A DNA stretch of 64,000 nucleotides, from positions 1,126,151 to 1,190,150 of the forward strand of contig NZ_JAPNJW010000002.1 in assembly GCF_026626745.1 (NCBI RefSeq). The letters are read 5' to 3'. The stretch comes from Nannocystis sp. RBIL2. GTDB lineage: Bacteria > Myxococcota_A > Polyangia > Nannocystales > Nannocystaceae. The position numbers were made by a program, and so were the translations under genes. Positions 37,736-47,445 of the stretch are shown here, piece by piece (within the stretch, counting starts at the first letter, position 1; each line of letters starts with the position of its first letter). The notes beneath the pieces were generated by a model. That model made no database searches, was not told the origin of the DNA, and saw only the letters and a program-made list of their open reading frames with translations.

Positions 37736-39058
37736 TCACTGGTCGAACAGCTCGAGCAGCGTGCGCAGCCCCGGCGAGCCGGGTGCCTGTGGCTTCTCGG
37801 CCAGCGCGCGGCGGATCTCGAGGTGCGCCGCCGGCAGGATCGACTGCAGCTGCTCGAGCGCCTTCGAATCGTCGCTCTGGGCCGCTGCCACCTTCGCCCG
37901 CACCCGCTCGCTCCCGGGCCTCGCGAGCCGCTGGCCGACGTCCCACGCAGTCACCACCGCGCCTGCTCCGAGGGACATGTCCCCGAGTTCATCGTGGCGC
38001 AGCTTCGCCGGTCGCCCGCTCGCCAGCACGTCCAGCCGGCCCAGAGTAAACCGCTGCCCCGCCTGCAGCTCCGACGCCCGGCCCGCGCGCAGCAGCGTCA
38101 CGCCCGCGTCGACCACGGTCAGAGACAGCGTCGCCTCGACCGTCCACGTCCCCGCGTCGATCTGCGGATAGTGCCCCTTCGCCGCCGCCAGCAGCCCCTT
38201 CGGCACCTTCAAGCCCGAGTAGCCGACCGGCGGGGCTGCCTTGCTGCGCCACGCAGTGAACTCGATCGGCCCCGTCTCGAACTGGCCCTTCAGCAGCGCC
38301 TCGCAGGCCCGCAGGTGCCGCTCGATCCGCCCGAAAAGCTCCGCCCGCTCCGATGCGCTCACCGGCAGCGGCGCCGCCCGGCGCCACACGTAGCCCGCCA
38401 GCCCCGCGTGGTAGAGCGGCAGCGCCTCCATGCTGCTCAGCAGCGCCTGCAGCTCCGCGATCGTCTCGCTGCCGCCTGCCTTGCGCGCCTCCACGTGCGC
38501 CCGCCAGCGGCTGCGAAACGCCTCGCCCTCGGCGCCGCCGGCCGCGTCGGCCAGCGCCTCGAGGGCGGACGCGACCTGCAGCCACCGCGGGTCCTGGGCC
38601 GGCGTCGCCTCCGGCACCGGCACCAGCGCCAGCGCGAACCGCTTGCCCGGCCCGACGGCGAACCCGTCGTCCGCGACGAGCCGCGCCCACCTGCCCAGCG
38701 CCGCCTCGTCGGCCAGCGGGAATGCGTCGGGCCCGAGCGTCGGCGTCGTCCCCGAGCTCTCCGGAGCATTTGCCCCTTGGGACATGTCCTCTTCGACCTG
38801 CTGCGATGGACCTGCCCCAACCGACATGTCCTGAGAGCCCGGCACAGCCCCCTGCCCGTCCGGCTCCTCGCGCCCGCGCAGCCGGTCGGCGCAGCCCTGC
38901 ACGAACACGATCAGCAGCGCGAGCAGCCGGATCGCCGGCGCCGCCGTGCTCGACAGCAGCGCCACGTGACCCCGACGCCAGCGGAGCACCACCGCCGCGG
39001 CCAGCGCGAGCGCCACCGCGAACGAGCCCAGGTCGAGCCACCAGCGCCTCACACCGCC
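37736..39058 (-). CDS. hypothetical membrane-anchored protein
   Basis: N-terminal TM (WWLDLGSFAVALALAAAVVL) with GTG start near 39058, overlapping the rSAM gene end. Contains repeated DMS-x-GAG motifs. Confidence 0.45.
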   Translation of the reverse strand, partial: GGVRRWWLDLGSFAVALALAAAVVLRWRRGHVALLSSTAAPAIRLLALLIVFVQGCADRLRGREEPDGQGAVPGSQDMSVGAGPSQQVEEDMSQGANAPESSGTTPTLGPDAFPLADEAALGRWARLVADDGFAVGPGKRFALALVPVPEATPAQDPRWLQVASALEALADAAGGAEGEAFRSRWRAHVEARKAGGSETIAELQALLSSMEALPLYHAGLAGYVWRRAAPLPVSASERAELFGRIERHLRACEALLKGQFETGPIEFTAWRSKAAPPVGYSGLKVPKGLLAAAKGHYPQIDAGTWTVEATLSLTVVDAGVTLLRAGRASELQAGQRFTLGRLDVLASGRPAKLRHDELGDMSLGAGAVVTAWDVGQRLARPGSERVRAKVAAAQSDDSKALEQLQSILPAAHLEIRRALAEKPQAPGSPGLRTLLELFDQ

Positions 39059-40095
39059 TCCTTGCGGCAGGCGCCGAACGCCTGCTCGCGGCACGGGTTG
39101 CCGTTGCGGGCCTGCAGCCAGCACTCGTGGCCGTCCGAGCACTCGCGGTGGCCGGCGCTGCGGAAGCGCGTGAAGCCGCGGGTCCAGATGTCACGCAGCG
39201 GCCGGTCGCGCACGTTGCCCTCCGACTCGCGCAGGTCGGTGGTGGTGCACGGAAGCACCTCGCCGGTCGCCCCGACGACGCAGGAGATCCGGCCGGCCCC
39301 GCACAGGAACGGCTGGTCGCGGTAGAAGCGATCGTCGGCGCCGGCGCTGCCCCACTCGTTGCACAGCTCGACGTGGAACAGCCCGCGCTTGCGGCGGGCG
39401 AACGCGGCCACGCGGCGCAGCTGCTCCGGCGTCGGACACAGCGCGGTGTGCTCGGCGCCGCGGCCCTCCGGAGCGAAGAGATGGAGGCCCCACGAATCGG
39501 CCCCCGAGGCTGCGACGATCGGGAACAGGTCGGCCAGGCGGTCGGCGTTCTCGCGCGTCACGGTCGTCCCCGCCACCACCTCCGGACAGCCGCACTCCTT
39601 GAGCGTGCGGATAGCAGCCAGCGCCGCCGCGTGGCTGCCCTGGCGCCCGCGGAACAGGTCGTGCTGCCGCTGCTCGCCGTCGAGGCTGATCGCCGCCAGA
39701 GTCGGCGGGTGGCGTTCGAACAGCGACCTGAACTTGGGGACATGTCCCCCGTGCGTGTGCATCGCCCACTCGAGCCCCTGCGCCCGCGCGTGCGCTACGA
39801 TCTCGGCGATGTCGCGGCGCAGCAACAGCTCCCCGCCCGCGATCACGAAGGTCGGCCGGCCGAGCGCCACCAGCTCGTCGACCACCAGACGGATCGCCTC
39901 CTGCGTCGTCAGCTCGCCCTCGGCCCGCTTGCCCGCGCCGGAGTAGCAGTGCGGACAGCGGAGGTCGCACATCGCAGTGGCGATCCACTGCACCGCGAGC
40001 GGCCGGCGGACCAGTCGGAGCGCGTGCAGCAGCCGCGTCTCGGTCTCCCAGACCTCGGGCGCGGCGCGAGCATACAGACGGTGGAGCAGGCCCAT
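39049..40095 (-). CDS. radical SAM protein with C-terminal SPASM/twitch Cys cluster
   Basis: CxxxCxxC radical-SAM motif (CDLRCPHCY) and C-terminal cysteines (CGAGRISC…C…CSDGHEC…C…C). Confidence 0.8.
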   Translation of the reverse strand: MGLLHRLYARAAPEVWETETRLLHALRLVRRPLAVQWIATAMCDLRCPHCYSGAGKRAEGELTTQEAIRLVVDELVALGRPTFVIAGGELLLRRDIAEIVAHARAQGLEWAMHTHGGHVPKFRSLFERHPPTLAAISLDGEQRQHDLFRGRQGSHAAALAAIRTLKECGCPEVVAGTTVTRENADRLADLFPIVAASGADSWGLHLFAPEGRGAEHTALCPTPEQLRRVAAFARRKRGLFHVELCNEWGSAGADDRFYRDQPFLCGAGRISCVVGATGEVLPCTTTDLRESEGNVRDRPLRDIWTRGFTRFRSAGHRECSDGHECWLQARNGNPCREQAFGACRKEAV

Positions 40096-40111
40096 GCCCG
40101 CGAGGATAGCC

Positions 40112-41434
40112 TCACACCGCCGCGCGCGCGCGGGCGTGGGCGATCGCGCGGAAGCTCGGATCGTCGCGGCGGAACGCCAGCGTGGCCAGGAGCGCCAGCG
40201 CCCACAGCACCGCGATGTGGAGGAACATCGTCTCGCCGCCGTAGTGCTTGAACAAAAAGCCCGACACCAGCGGCCCCGCGAGCGTGCCGAGCCCGTACGA
40301 GCCGTTCAGCAGCGCGTTGCTGCGGCTGAAGTCGCGCGGGTCGACGATGAGGCTCTGCAGCGCCAGGCTCATCGGCCAGATCGGCGCCAGCGAGGCGCCC
40401 GCGAGCAGCACCGCGACCGCGACCAGCCAGAGCGTCGGCAGGTAGACCAGCGACGCCGTCAACACCACCCCGAGCCCCACCAGCGAGCGCACCGTCTTGA
40501 GGTGGCCGTAGCGATCGCCGAGACGGCCGACGAACACCACGCTGGCGGCCATGCCGATCGAGAAGAACGCCACCAAGAAGACGGTATCTTCTTCCTTGAC
40601 CCCGCGAGAGTTGATCAAGAACAGAGGAAGGAACAGCACCATCGACGCCTGGAAGTAGCCGTAACAGAACGTCGGGATGCAGGCCGTCTTGATCCGCCAG
40701 TACAGCTTCAGGATCGGCGGATGACGTTCGATGGCGGCCTCGGGTCTCGGGGCTTCGTCCGCGTGCTCGTGTCCATGACCACTACCGGTGATCGGCTGGA
40801 TGTCGCGGTCCAGGAACACGTAGGCGATCAGCGCCGCCAGCGAGGCGAACAGCCCCGCTGCCACGAACACCATCGGCATCGGATAGATCAGCATCACGAT
40901 CCACCCGATCACCGCACCGAGGGCGTAGCCGGTCGACATCGAGATCGTGTAGAGGCTGGTGATGAGCCCGCGATGCGCGGTCGTCGTGCGCATCAGCAAC
41001 ACGGTCTCGAGGCTCACCCACACGCCGACCGAAAAAGCGCCGTCGAACCCGCGCGCCGCTCCCAGCCCGAGCAGTGTGGCGAGGAACGGGAAGATCGCGG
41101 TGGCCGTCGCGTATCCGAGGAGCCCGAGCGACAAGATCATCCGCGGCGCGAAGCGCTGGATCGCCTTGCCCATCGGCACCGAGAAGAGGGCGATACCCGC
41201 GGCGAAGAACATCGCCAACACGCCGATCGTCTGCGTATCGATGCCGCGGACCTTGTTCAGGTAGACGGCCACGACCGCGGTCACCATCCCGTAGGCCGTC
41301 CCGGTCATCGCGCACACCACGTACGCCGCGCGGATGTTCGAGTCGCGCAGCTCGGTGTGCCAGAGCTGTTGCAGCTCGTTGCGGACCTTGGACCACTGCC
41401 CTGCGGGCGTGGGGGGCGAGACCGTCGTCGTCAT
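40112..41434 (-). CDS. MFS transporter
   Basis: 12 predicted TM helices. MFS motif A-like GRLGDRYG. Confidence 0.85.
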   Translation of the reverse strand: MTTTVSPPTPAGQWSKVRNELQQLWHTELRDSNIRAAYVVCAMTGTAYGMVTAVVAVYLNKVRGIDTQTIGVLAMFFAAGIALFSVPMGKAIQRFAPRMILSLGLLGYATATAIFPFLATLLGLGAARGFDGAFSVGVWVSLETVLLMRTTTAHRGLITSLYTISMSTGYALGAVIGWIVMLIYPMPMVFVAAGLFASLAALIAYVFLDRDIQPITGSGHGHEHADEAPRPEAAIERHPPILKLYWRIKTACIPTFCYGYFQASMVLFLPLFLINSRGVKEEDTVFLVAFFSIGMAASVVFVGRLGDRYGHLKTVRSLVGLGVVLTASLVYLPTLWLVAVAVLLAGASLAPIWPMSLALQSLIVDPRDFSRSNALLNGSYGLGTLAGPLVSGFLFKHYGGETMFLHIAVLWALALLATLAFRRDDPSFRAIAHARARAAV

Positions 41435-41521
41435 CGTGGGGGGACGCGATGATCGGGCCCGGCCCCGCGAAAAACCAGTCCCCTCCCGCGTGCGCTTGCG
41501 TGATTCTGCGCGGCTTCGCGC

Positions 41522-42211
41522 TCACTCCTTGTCGCGGACCGTGTCGCCGCTGCAGGACTTGGTCACGTCGAGCGGCAGCATCGCAGGGTCTTCGAGGCGC
41601 ACTGCGGCGAAGGTCGAGCCCTTCAGGGTGGACATGAGGGGGCTCATCAAATCGCCCTCGATTTCGCCGCAGAAGAAATCCTCGTCGATGATGGTGGCGA
41701 TCATCCTGAGCGTCGCCTCGATGTCGCCGCCGGTCACCGGGTTGGCCATGCCGGTCACCTTCACCACGCCGGCGTCGATGTCGAACTTGCCGTCGACGAT
41801 CGGGATGTCTTCGTAACACAGCGGGTCGCCGATCGGCTCGCGCGGCACGTTGACCTTGCCCGCCGTGAGGCTGAGCGGCTGCAGGCAGGCGGCGAGGAAG
41901 GTGTTGCCCATCTCGTCGGTGGTCAGCGTATTGGTGGCGATGAACTGCAGCGGCAGGTCGCGGGCGATGACCGTCGACACTGCCAGCAGGAAGTCGCCGC
42001 TGATGTCCGCCTGGGCGGGCATCACGTCCGGGGGCGGCGGCGGCATGAAGTCGCGGTCGTCCTTGGTGTTGTCGAGGAATTCGTTGAACTTGGCCTCGGA
42101 GTCGGGGCACCCCGCCATGAGCGGCACCAGCAGCGACAGACCGAGCACCGAGCCGGGGACCCGAGGGCCGAACACGCGGCGGACAGAAAACGATCGGGAC
42201 ATCCTGCGCAT
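41522..42211 (-). CDS. lipoprotein
   Basis: Internal ATG at 42211 gives MRRMSRSFSV…LLVPLMAGCPD, a lipobox. The upstream portion of the 695-aa ORF is antisense to the OMP gene. Confidence 0.5.
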   Translation of the reverse strand: MRRMSRSFSVRRVFGPRVPGSVLGLSLLVPLMAGCPDSEAKFNEFLDNTKDDRDFMPPPPPDVMPAQADISGDFLLAVSTVIARDLPLQFIATNTLTTDEMGNTFLAACLQPLSLTAGKVNVPREPIGDPLCYEDIPIVDGKFDIDAGVVKVTGMANPVTGGDIEATLRMIATIIDEDFFCGEIEGDLMSPLMSTLKGSTFAAVRLEDPAMLPLDVTKSCSGDTVRDKE

Positions 42212-42295
42212 CACTCTGCCGTGCATTTTGTCCGCCGTAAAGCAGTGACCTCGGTGTAAAGTGGCGCCGGTTTGTCGCCGTACGAGGTCACCTTC

Positions 42296-43768
42296 ATGTC
42301 GCTCGCTCGTCATGCGTCTCGCTCGCGCACCCTCTTCGCCTGTGGCCTGTTGACCGCCGCGCTCGTCGGCGCGAACGAGGCCCGGGCATCCGGCCTCAGC
42401 ACCGCTCGATTCGGCGGCGAGCATGGCCACGTGACCACCGACAACCCGACTGCGATCTACTACAACCCCGCGGGTATCGCGCTGAAGCCCGGTACGCGGA
42501 TCTTCGTCGACGGCAGCTTCGCGGCGCGCTGGGTCAGCTACGACCGACCGGAGTCGGCCATCAGCAGCGAGACCGGCACGCCCGAGGGGGCCACCGACGC
42601 CAACGCCGGCGTCGCCAAGCTGTCCAACTTCATCGCCGGCCCGTTCGCCGGCGCCAGCTCGGACTTCGGCACCAAGTTCTTCTCGGCCGGCGCCGCGGTG
42701 TACTTCCCGTTCGGCGGCCAGTCGACGTGGAAGCCCAACGAGAAGTACCGCGGCAGCCAGGACTACCCGGGCGCGGTCGACGGCGTGCAGCGCTGGCACA
42801 CCATCGACGGCAAGTTGCGCTCGATGTACATCACCGGCGCGGTCGCCTTCAACATCGCCAAGATCGGCCTGTCGATCGGTCTGTCCGGCAGCGCCATCCG
42901 CAGCGAGGTCGACACCATCCGGGCCCGCAACGCCGACGGCACCGACGACCTCGTGCAGTCCAACGGCCACCTCCAGGAGGGCCGCAGCTGGCTCAAGGCA
43001 TCGGGCTGGCAGGGCAGCTTCGGCATCGGCGCGATCTGGAACTGGCGCGACAAGCTGTGGATCGGCGCCTCGTACACCAGCCGGCCCAACATCACCGGCA
43101 ACATGACGCTGAAGGGCGAACTCAGCAACGCCCTCGCGGACGCCCCCGTGTCCCCCGCGACGCCGATCGAGCTGCAGCAGCGCCTGCCCGACATCGTCCG
43201 CTTCGGCTTCCGCGTCCGCCCGGTCCCCAAGCTCGAGCTGCGCCTGTTCGGCGACTTCACCAACTGGAAGGTGATGGACAAGCAGTGCGTCCTCGACGCC
43301 AGCAAGGCCGACCGCCAGTGCGACTTCGCCAACGCCGACACCGCGCTCACCAACCCTGAAGGGTACGGCGGCGACACTCCGAACGACAACGTCAAGGCCG
43401 TCACCCAGAACCTCCCGCGCTTCTGGAAGCCGGCCGGCGGCGTCCGCTTCGGCGCGAGCTACTGGGTGATCGAGGCCGTCGAGCTGTACGCCGGCCTCGG
43501 CTTCGACTCGACCGCCGTCCCGGTCCAGACCATCGAGCCCGCCCTGCTCGACTCCAACAAGATGACCTTCTCCCTCGGCGGCCGGTTCCGCCTGCACCAG
43601 CGCCTCCACCTCGGCTTGACCTTCACCGACATCGCCTACTTCAAGGTCGACACCAAGGGCCGGAACGTCCTCAACAAGTTCCAGGCGCCGACGAAGGCCG
43701 CCAGCGCCGACGGCATCTACAAGCAGAACATCTTCCTGACCAACCTGTACCTCGACGTGAACTTCTGA
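42296..43768 (+). CDS. outer-membrane transport protein, FadL/OmpP1/TodX-like beta-barrel
   Basis: Signal peptide, an N-terminal AIYYNPAG motif and a terminal aromatic residue (…LYLDVNF). Confidence 0.65.
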   Translation: MSLARHASRSRTLFACGLLTAALVGANEARASGLSTARFGGEHGHVTTDNPTAIYYNPAGIALKPGTRIFVDGSFAARWVSYDRPESAISSETGTPEGATDANAGVAKLSNFIAGPFAGASSDFGTKFFSAGAAVYFPFGGQSTWKPNEKYRGSQDYPGAVDGVQRWHTIDGKLRSMYITGAVAFNIAKIGLSIGLSGSAIRSEVDTIRARNADGTDDLVQSNGHLQEGRSWLKASGWQGSFGIGAIWNWRDKLWIGASYTSRPNITGNMTLKGELSNALADAPVSPATPIELQQRLPDIVRFGFRVRPVPKLELRLFGDFTNWKVMDKQCVLDASKADRQCDFANADTALTNPEGYGGDTPNDNVKAVTQNLPRFWKPAGGVRFGASYWVIEAVELYAGLGFDSTAVPVQTIEPALLDSNKMTFSLGGRFRLHQRLHLGLTFTDIAYFKVDTKGRNVLNKFQAPTKAASADGIYKQNIFLTNLYLDVNF

Positions 43769-43897
43769 GCTGACGCAGGAGACATGTCCCTGGGACCAGC
43801 ATGATCATCTGGCTCTCGGGACATGCCCCTCGAGCCAGGTGCACATCGGCCGGCCCTCGGGACATGTGAGCACTCGTCCGAGGCGTCGCCGGCGAGC

Positions 43898-44869
43898 TCA
43901 GTGCTGCGCCTGCATTTCGCCCCCGCTGCGGAACAGCTTGCGGTACGTCATCGGCGACGTGCCCATCACCTGCGCGAAGCGGTTGCGCAGCGTCGACGCG
44001 GCCGCGAAGCCGACGTCGCCGGCGATCTCCTCGAGCGACAAGGAGGTCGCCTCGAGCAGCTGCTGGGCCCGGGCGATCCGGGCGGTGAGCACCCACTTCA
44101 GCGGGGTCGTCCCGGTCTGCTCGCGGAACCGCCGGCTCAGCGTCCGCGTGCTCATCCGGGCCCTGCGCGCCAGCGTCGGCAGCGTCAGGTCGTCGCGCAG
44201 GTGACGGTTCATCCAGTCGAGCAGCGGCGCCAGGCTGCTGGTCGAGGTCGGCGGCTCGTGGACGATGTACTGCGCCTGGCCGCCGCTGCGCTCGAGCGGG
44301 ACGACGGCGAGCCGCGAGGCGTGAGCGGCCACCGCGGCCCCGTGATCGCTGCGCAGCATGTGCAGGCACAGGTCCATCCCGGCGGCCCCGCCGGCCGAGG
44401 TCAAGATCCGCCCGTTGTCGACGAACAACACGTTCGGATCGACGGTGAGCGTCGGGTAACGCCGGGCGAGTAAGCCGGCGGCGATCCAGTGCGTCGTCAC
44501 CCGCAGGCCGTCGAGCAGCCCGGCCTCCGCCAGCACGAACGCGCCGCTGCAGATCGATGCGACCCGCGCCCGTCGCCGCGCCGCTGCCCGCAGCGCTTCG
44601 AGCACCGCCGGCGAGAACGGCCGCGTCGGCTCCATCACGCCGGGCACGATCACGGTGTGCGCCCGCGCCAGATCGGCCAGCCCCCAGCGCAGCGCCAGCT
44701 GAAACGCCCCGGCGTCGACGCTCCGGGTCTCGCCGCACACGCGCACCTCGTACGGCCGCGCGCCCCCGGGCACCTCGGCGCGCCCGAACACCTCGCACGG
44801 CATCGTCAGGTCGAACGCGACCACCCCCGGCAAGGCCAGCACCGCGACCACGTGCGGACGCAAGGTCAT
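43898..44869 (-). CDS. GlxA-type transcriptional regulator (DJ-1/PfpI-like domain + AraC HTH)
   Basis: N-terminal class I glutamine amidotransferase-like domain (ICSGAFVLAEAGLLDG). C-terminal AraC HTH (…TLARRARMSTRTLSRRFREQTGTTP…). Confidence 0.85.
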   Translation of the reverse strand: MTLRPHVVAVLALPGVVAFDLTMPCEVFGRAEVPGGARPYEVRVCGETRSVDAGAFQLALRWGLADLARAHTVIVPGVMEPTRPFSPAVLEALRAAARRRARVASICSGAFVLAEAGLLDGLRVTTHWIAAGLLARRYPTLTVDPNVLFVDNGRILTSAGGAAGMDLCLHMLRSDHGAAVAAHASRLAVVPLERSGGQAQYIVHEPPTSTSSLAPLLDWMNRHLRDDLTLPTLARRARMSTRTLSRRFREQTGTTPLKWVLTARIARAQQLLEATSLSLEEIAGDVGFAAASTLRNRFAQVMGTSPMTYRKLFRSGGEMQAQH

Positions 44870-45286
44870 GCTCCACGCTCGCACTCCCGGCTGCGGCCGG
44901 GCAAGTGGCGAAAACGCCAAGAAGTGCTCACTTCTCGCCACCCGCGTCCGGCGTCACCGATCGCCGTGGCGGATGTCCCGGTCAGCACATGTCCTCAAGG
45001 ACATCTCATCTCACTGAAGTAAAGATCCTGGCGCTCGGCTCACCGAGCGCAGACCTCGCTCGCTCACGTCCGCATGCTGGCTGCCGCGTCCTCCTCTCGA
45101 GACAGCACCAGCACCGACGCCCGCGGCGAGGATCGCCCGGACGCGAGACGAAGGTCACCGACGGCGCGCCGCGATCGACCGCCGAGTCGTACGACGGCCT
45201 GCCAGCGGACCGAGCCGGCGCCCTGCCCTCGCGCGCCCGCGCCTGGCGCTCTCGCGTTTCGCCGCGCGCGGGCTTAGCCTTGGCGC

Positions 45287-46402
45287 ATGACCCCACTCGA
45301 CGAACTCGCGGCGCTGCTGCGTCCGGCAGGCGGCGGGCTCTTCCTCGTCTCGACCGGGCGCGCGGAGCAGCTGGCGATGCAGCGCCGGATCTACGGCGCC
45401 GACGACGAGGCCGGCGTCGACGCGGCGTTTCGCCGCAACCTCGCCGCGATCGTCGACGCGCGCGTCGTCATCCTCGGCTGTCCCTCCGACGTCGGCGCCG
45501 GCTTCCTGCGCGGCGCCAACGTCGGCCCGCAGGCGATCCGCACCGGCCTCCTCGCCAGCGACACCGACTGGCCGGGGCGAGCCGCCGCTGCCGGCGTGCT
45601 CGACATCGGCGACGTGTTCGTCATCCCGCAGTTGCTCCACGACGACATGCTGAGCGCCGGCCAGCTCGCCGCCAGCCGGCGCGCGCTCTACGGCCACCTG
45701 CCCGAAGAGACAGCCGCGACTTTGCCGGTCTCGCCGCTGTCGATCGCCGAGCGCGCGCTCGACCTCGTCTACCAGCTCAACCCCGCCATCGTTCCGGTCG
45801 TCCTCGGCGGCGACCACTCCAACGCCTGGCCCGTGGCCGCCAACCTCGCCCGGCACCGCCGCGATCGCTGGGCGATCGTCCAGCCCGACGCCCACACCGA
45901 CCTCCTCGCCGAGCGGCTCGGCATCAAGATCTGCTTCGCCACCTGGTCCTACCACGCCAACGAGCTGCTCGGCCGCGACGGCCGGCTCGTGCAGGTCGGC
46001 GTGCGCGCGTCGCGACACGACCGCGGCCACTGGGAGCAGGGCCTCGGCGTGCGCCAGTTCTGGGCCGAGGAGGTCAAGGCCGACCCCGCCGGCACGATCG
46101 CCGCCATCGTCGCCCACCTCAAGGGCCTCGGCGTCACCTCGGTCTACTTCTCCAACGACATCGACGGCACCGACTCGCACTGGGCCGACGCCGCCGGCAC
46201 GCCCGAGCCCGACGGCCTCGAGCCCGACTTCGTGGTCGAGCTGATCCGCGCTCTCGGCCGCGAGGTCGGCCTGTGCGCCGCCGACGTCGTCGAGGTCGCC
46301 CCGCCGCTCGCCCGCGACGGCGGCAAGCAGACCGTCGCGCTCGCGGTCCGCTACCTGCGCGAGAGCCTGGCCGCGATCGCCGGCCCCAGCCTCGCGCCCT
46401 GA
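45287..46402 (+). CDS. arginase/agmatinase/formiminoglutamase-family ureohydrolase
   Basis: Mn-binding motifs GGDHS, DAHTD and SNDIDGTD. Confidence 0.8.
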   Translation: MTPLDELAALLRPAGGGLFLVSTGRAEQLAMQRRIYGADDEAGVDAAFRRNLAAIVDARVVILGCPSDVGAGFLRGANVGPQAIRTGLLASDTDWPGRAAAAGVLDIGDVFVIPQLLHDDMLSAGQLAASRRALYGHLPEETAATLPVSPLSIAERALDLVYQLNPAIVPVVLGGDHSNAWPVAANLARHRRDRWAIVQPDAHTDLLAERLGIKICFATWSYHANELLGRDGRLVQVGVRASRHDRGHWEQGLGVRQFWAEEVKADPAGTIAAIVAHLKGLGVTSVYFSNDIDGTDSHWADAAGTPEPDGLEPDFVVELIRALGREVGLCAADVVEVAPPLARDGGKQTVALAVRYLRESLAAIAGPSLAP

Positions 46403-46404
46403 GC

Positions 46405-46490
46405 TGCCGGCTGTCCGCGAGGACAGCCGCACCTGTTCGAGAGGACAGCCTGCGCGGCGCTACGCCGCGCCTGCCCTTTCGGACAGCCTC
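46405..46490. repeat. GGCTGTCC-N4-GGACAGCC hairpin plus two further GGACAGCC copies in convergent gap
   Basis: ggctgtccgcgaggacagcc at 46409-46428 is a perfect 8-bp stem with a GNRA-type loop; ggacagcc recurs at 46443 and 46481. Confidence 0.8.
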
Positions 46491-47276
46491 AGCCCGCGCG
46501 GCCCTGCTGCAGCTCGGCGATCCGCTTCTTCGCCACGTTGTTGCTGAAGTCCGAGCAGCAGTCCATGCGGATGTAGGTCGACCACTCGTCGATCGCCTTC
46601 TGCGTCTCGCCCTTCGCCTCGTAGACCTGGGCCGCGCCGGCGTGGGCCGTCTTGTCGCCCTGGTACTTGATCATCGCCTTGGCGTAGGTCGTGAGCGCCT
46701 CGTCGAGCTTGCCCTGCTCGCGTAGCACGTCGCCGAGCTCGCTGTACACGAACTTGACCGCCTCGTCGTTCTTGATGACCTCGCGGAACACCGCCTCGGC
46801 CTGCTCGAACTGCTTCGCGCGGCGCAGCGCCTGGCCCTGGTGGAGCCCGTAGTTGCCGTTGTCGGGGTCGAGCTGCGCCGCCTTGCCCCACGACGCGGCC
46901 GCGTCGGCGTCTTTTTCGCTCTTCTCGAGCGCCGCGGCGCGGGTCGCGTGGTAGTCGGCCACGTCGCCCTTGGCGGCGATCGCCTTGTCGATCAGCTCGA
47001 TCGCCTTGGCCGGGTCCTTGTCGCCGTACAGCCGCACCTTCGCCAGCAGCGCCTGCGCCTCCGGATTGCTGGGCTCGACCTCGAGCACGCGCTTCAGCAT
47101 GTTCTCGGCCTCTTGCCACTTCTCGTCGTTGACGCGCGCGGCCGCGTTGGCGAGGTCCTTCTTCATCTGGGCCGCCTGCTCGGCCGGATCGACCGCGGGC
47201 GTGGAGTTGCACGCCGGTGCGAGGGCCGAGGCGGCAGTCAGGACGACGGTCAGGGCGCAGGCGGCAAAACGGGGCA
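46489..47276 (-). CDS. TPR-repeat lipoprotein
   Basis: GGAGG RBS before GTG 47276. Lipobox LTAASALAPAC. TPR-like repeats follow. Confidence 0.7.
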
Positions 47277-47445
47277 CAGAGGGACCTCCAGCGACTTCGG
47301 TATCACGCGGCGGCCCGCCGGCACAAGGGCGGCCGCTCGCCTGCCGGCCCGGGCCGCGCGCGTCCTTCGATCGCTCGCTCGCGGACCCCTCGCGCCGGTG
47401 GCCGTTTTGGCGCGCGGATGATACGCTGGCCGCCTTCCGAGGCCG

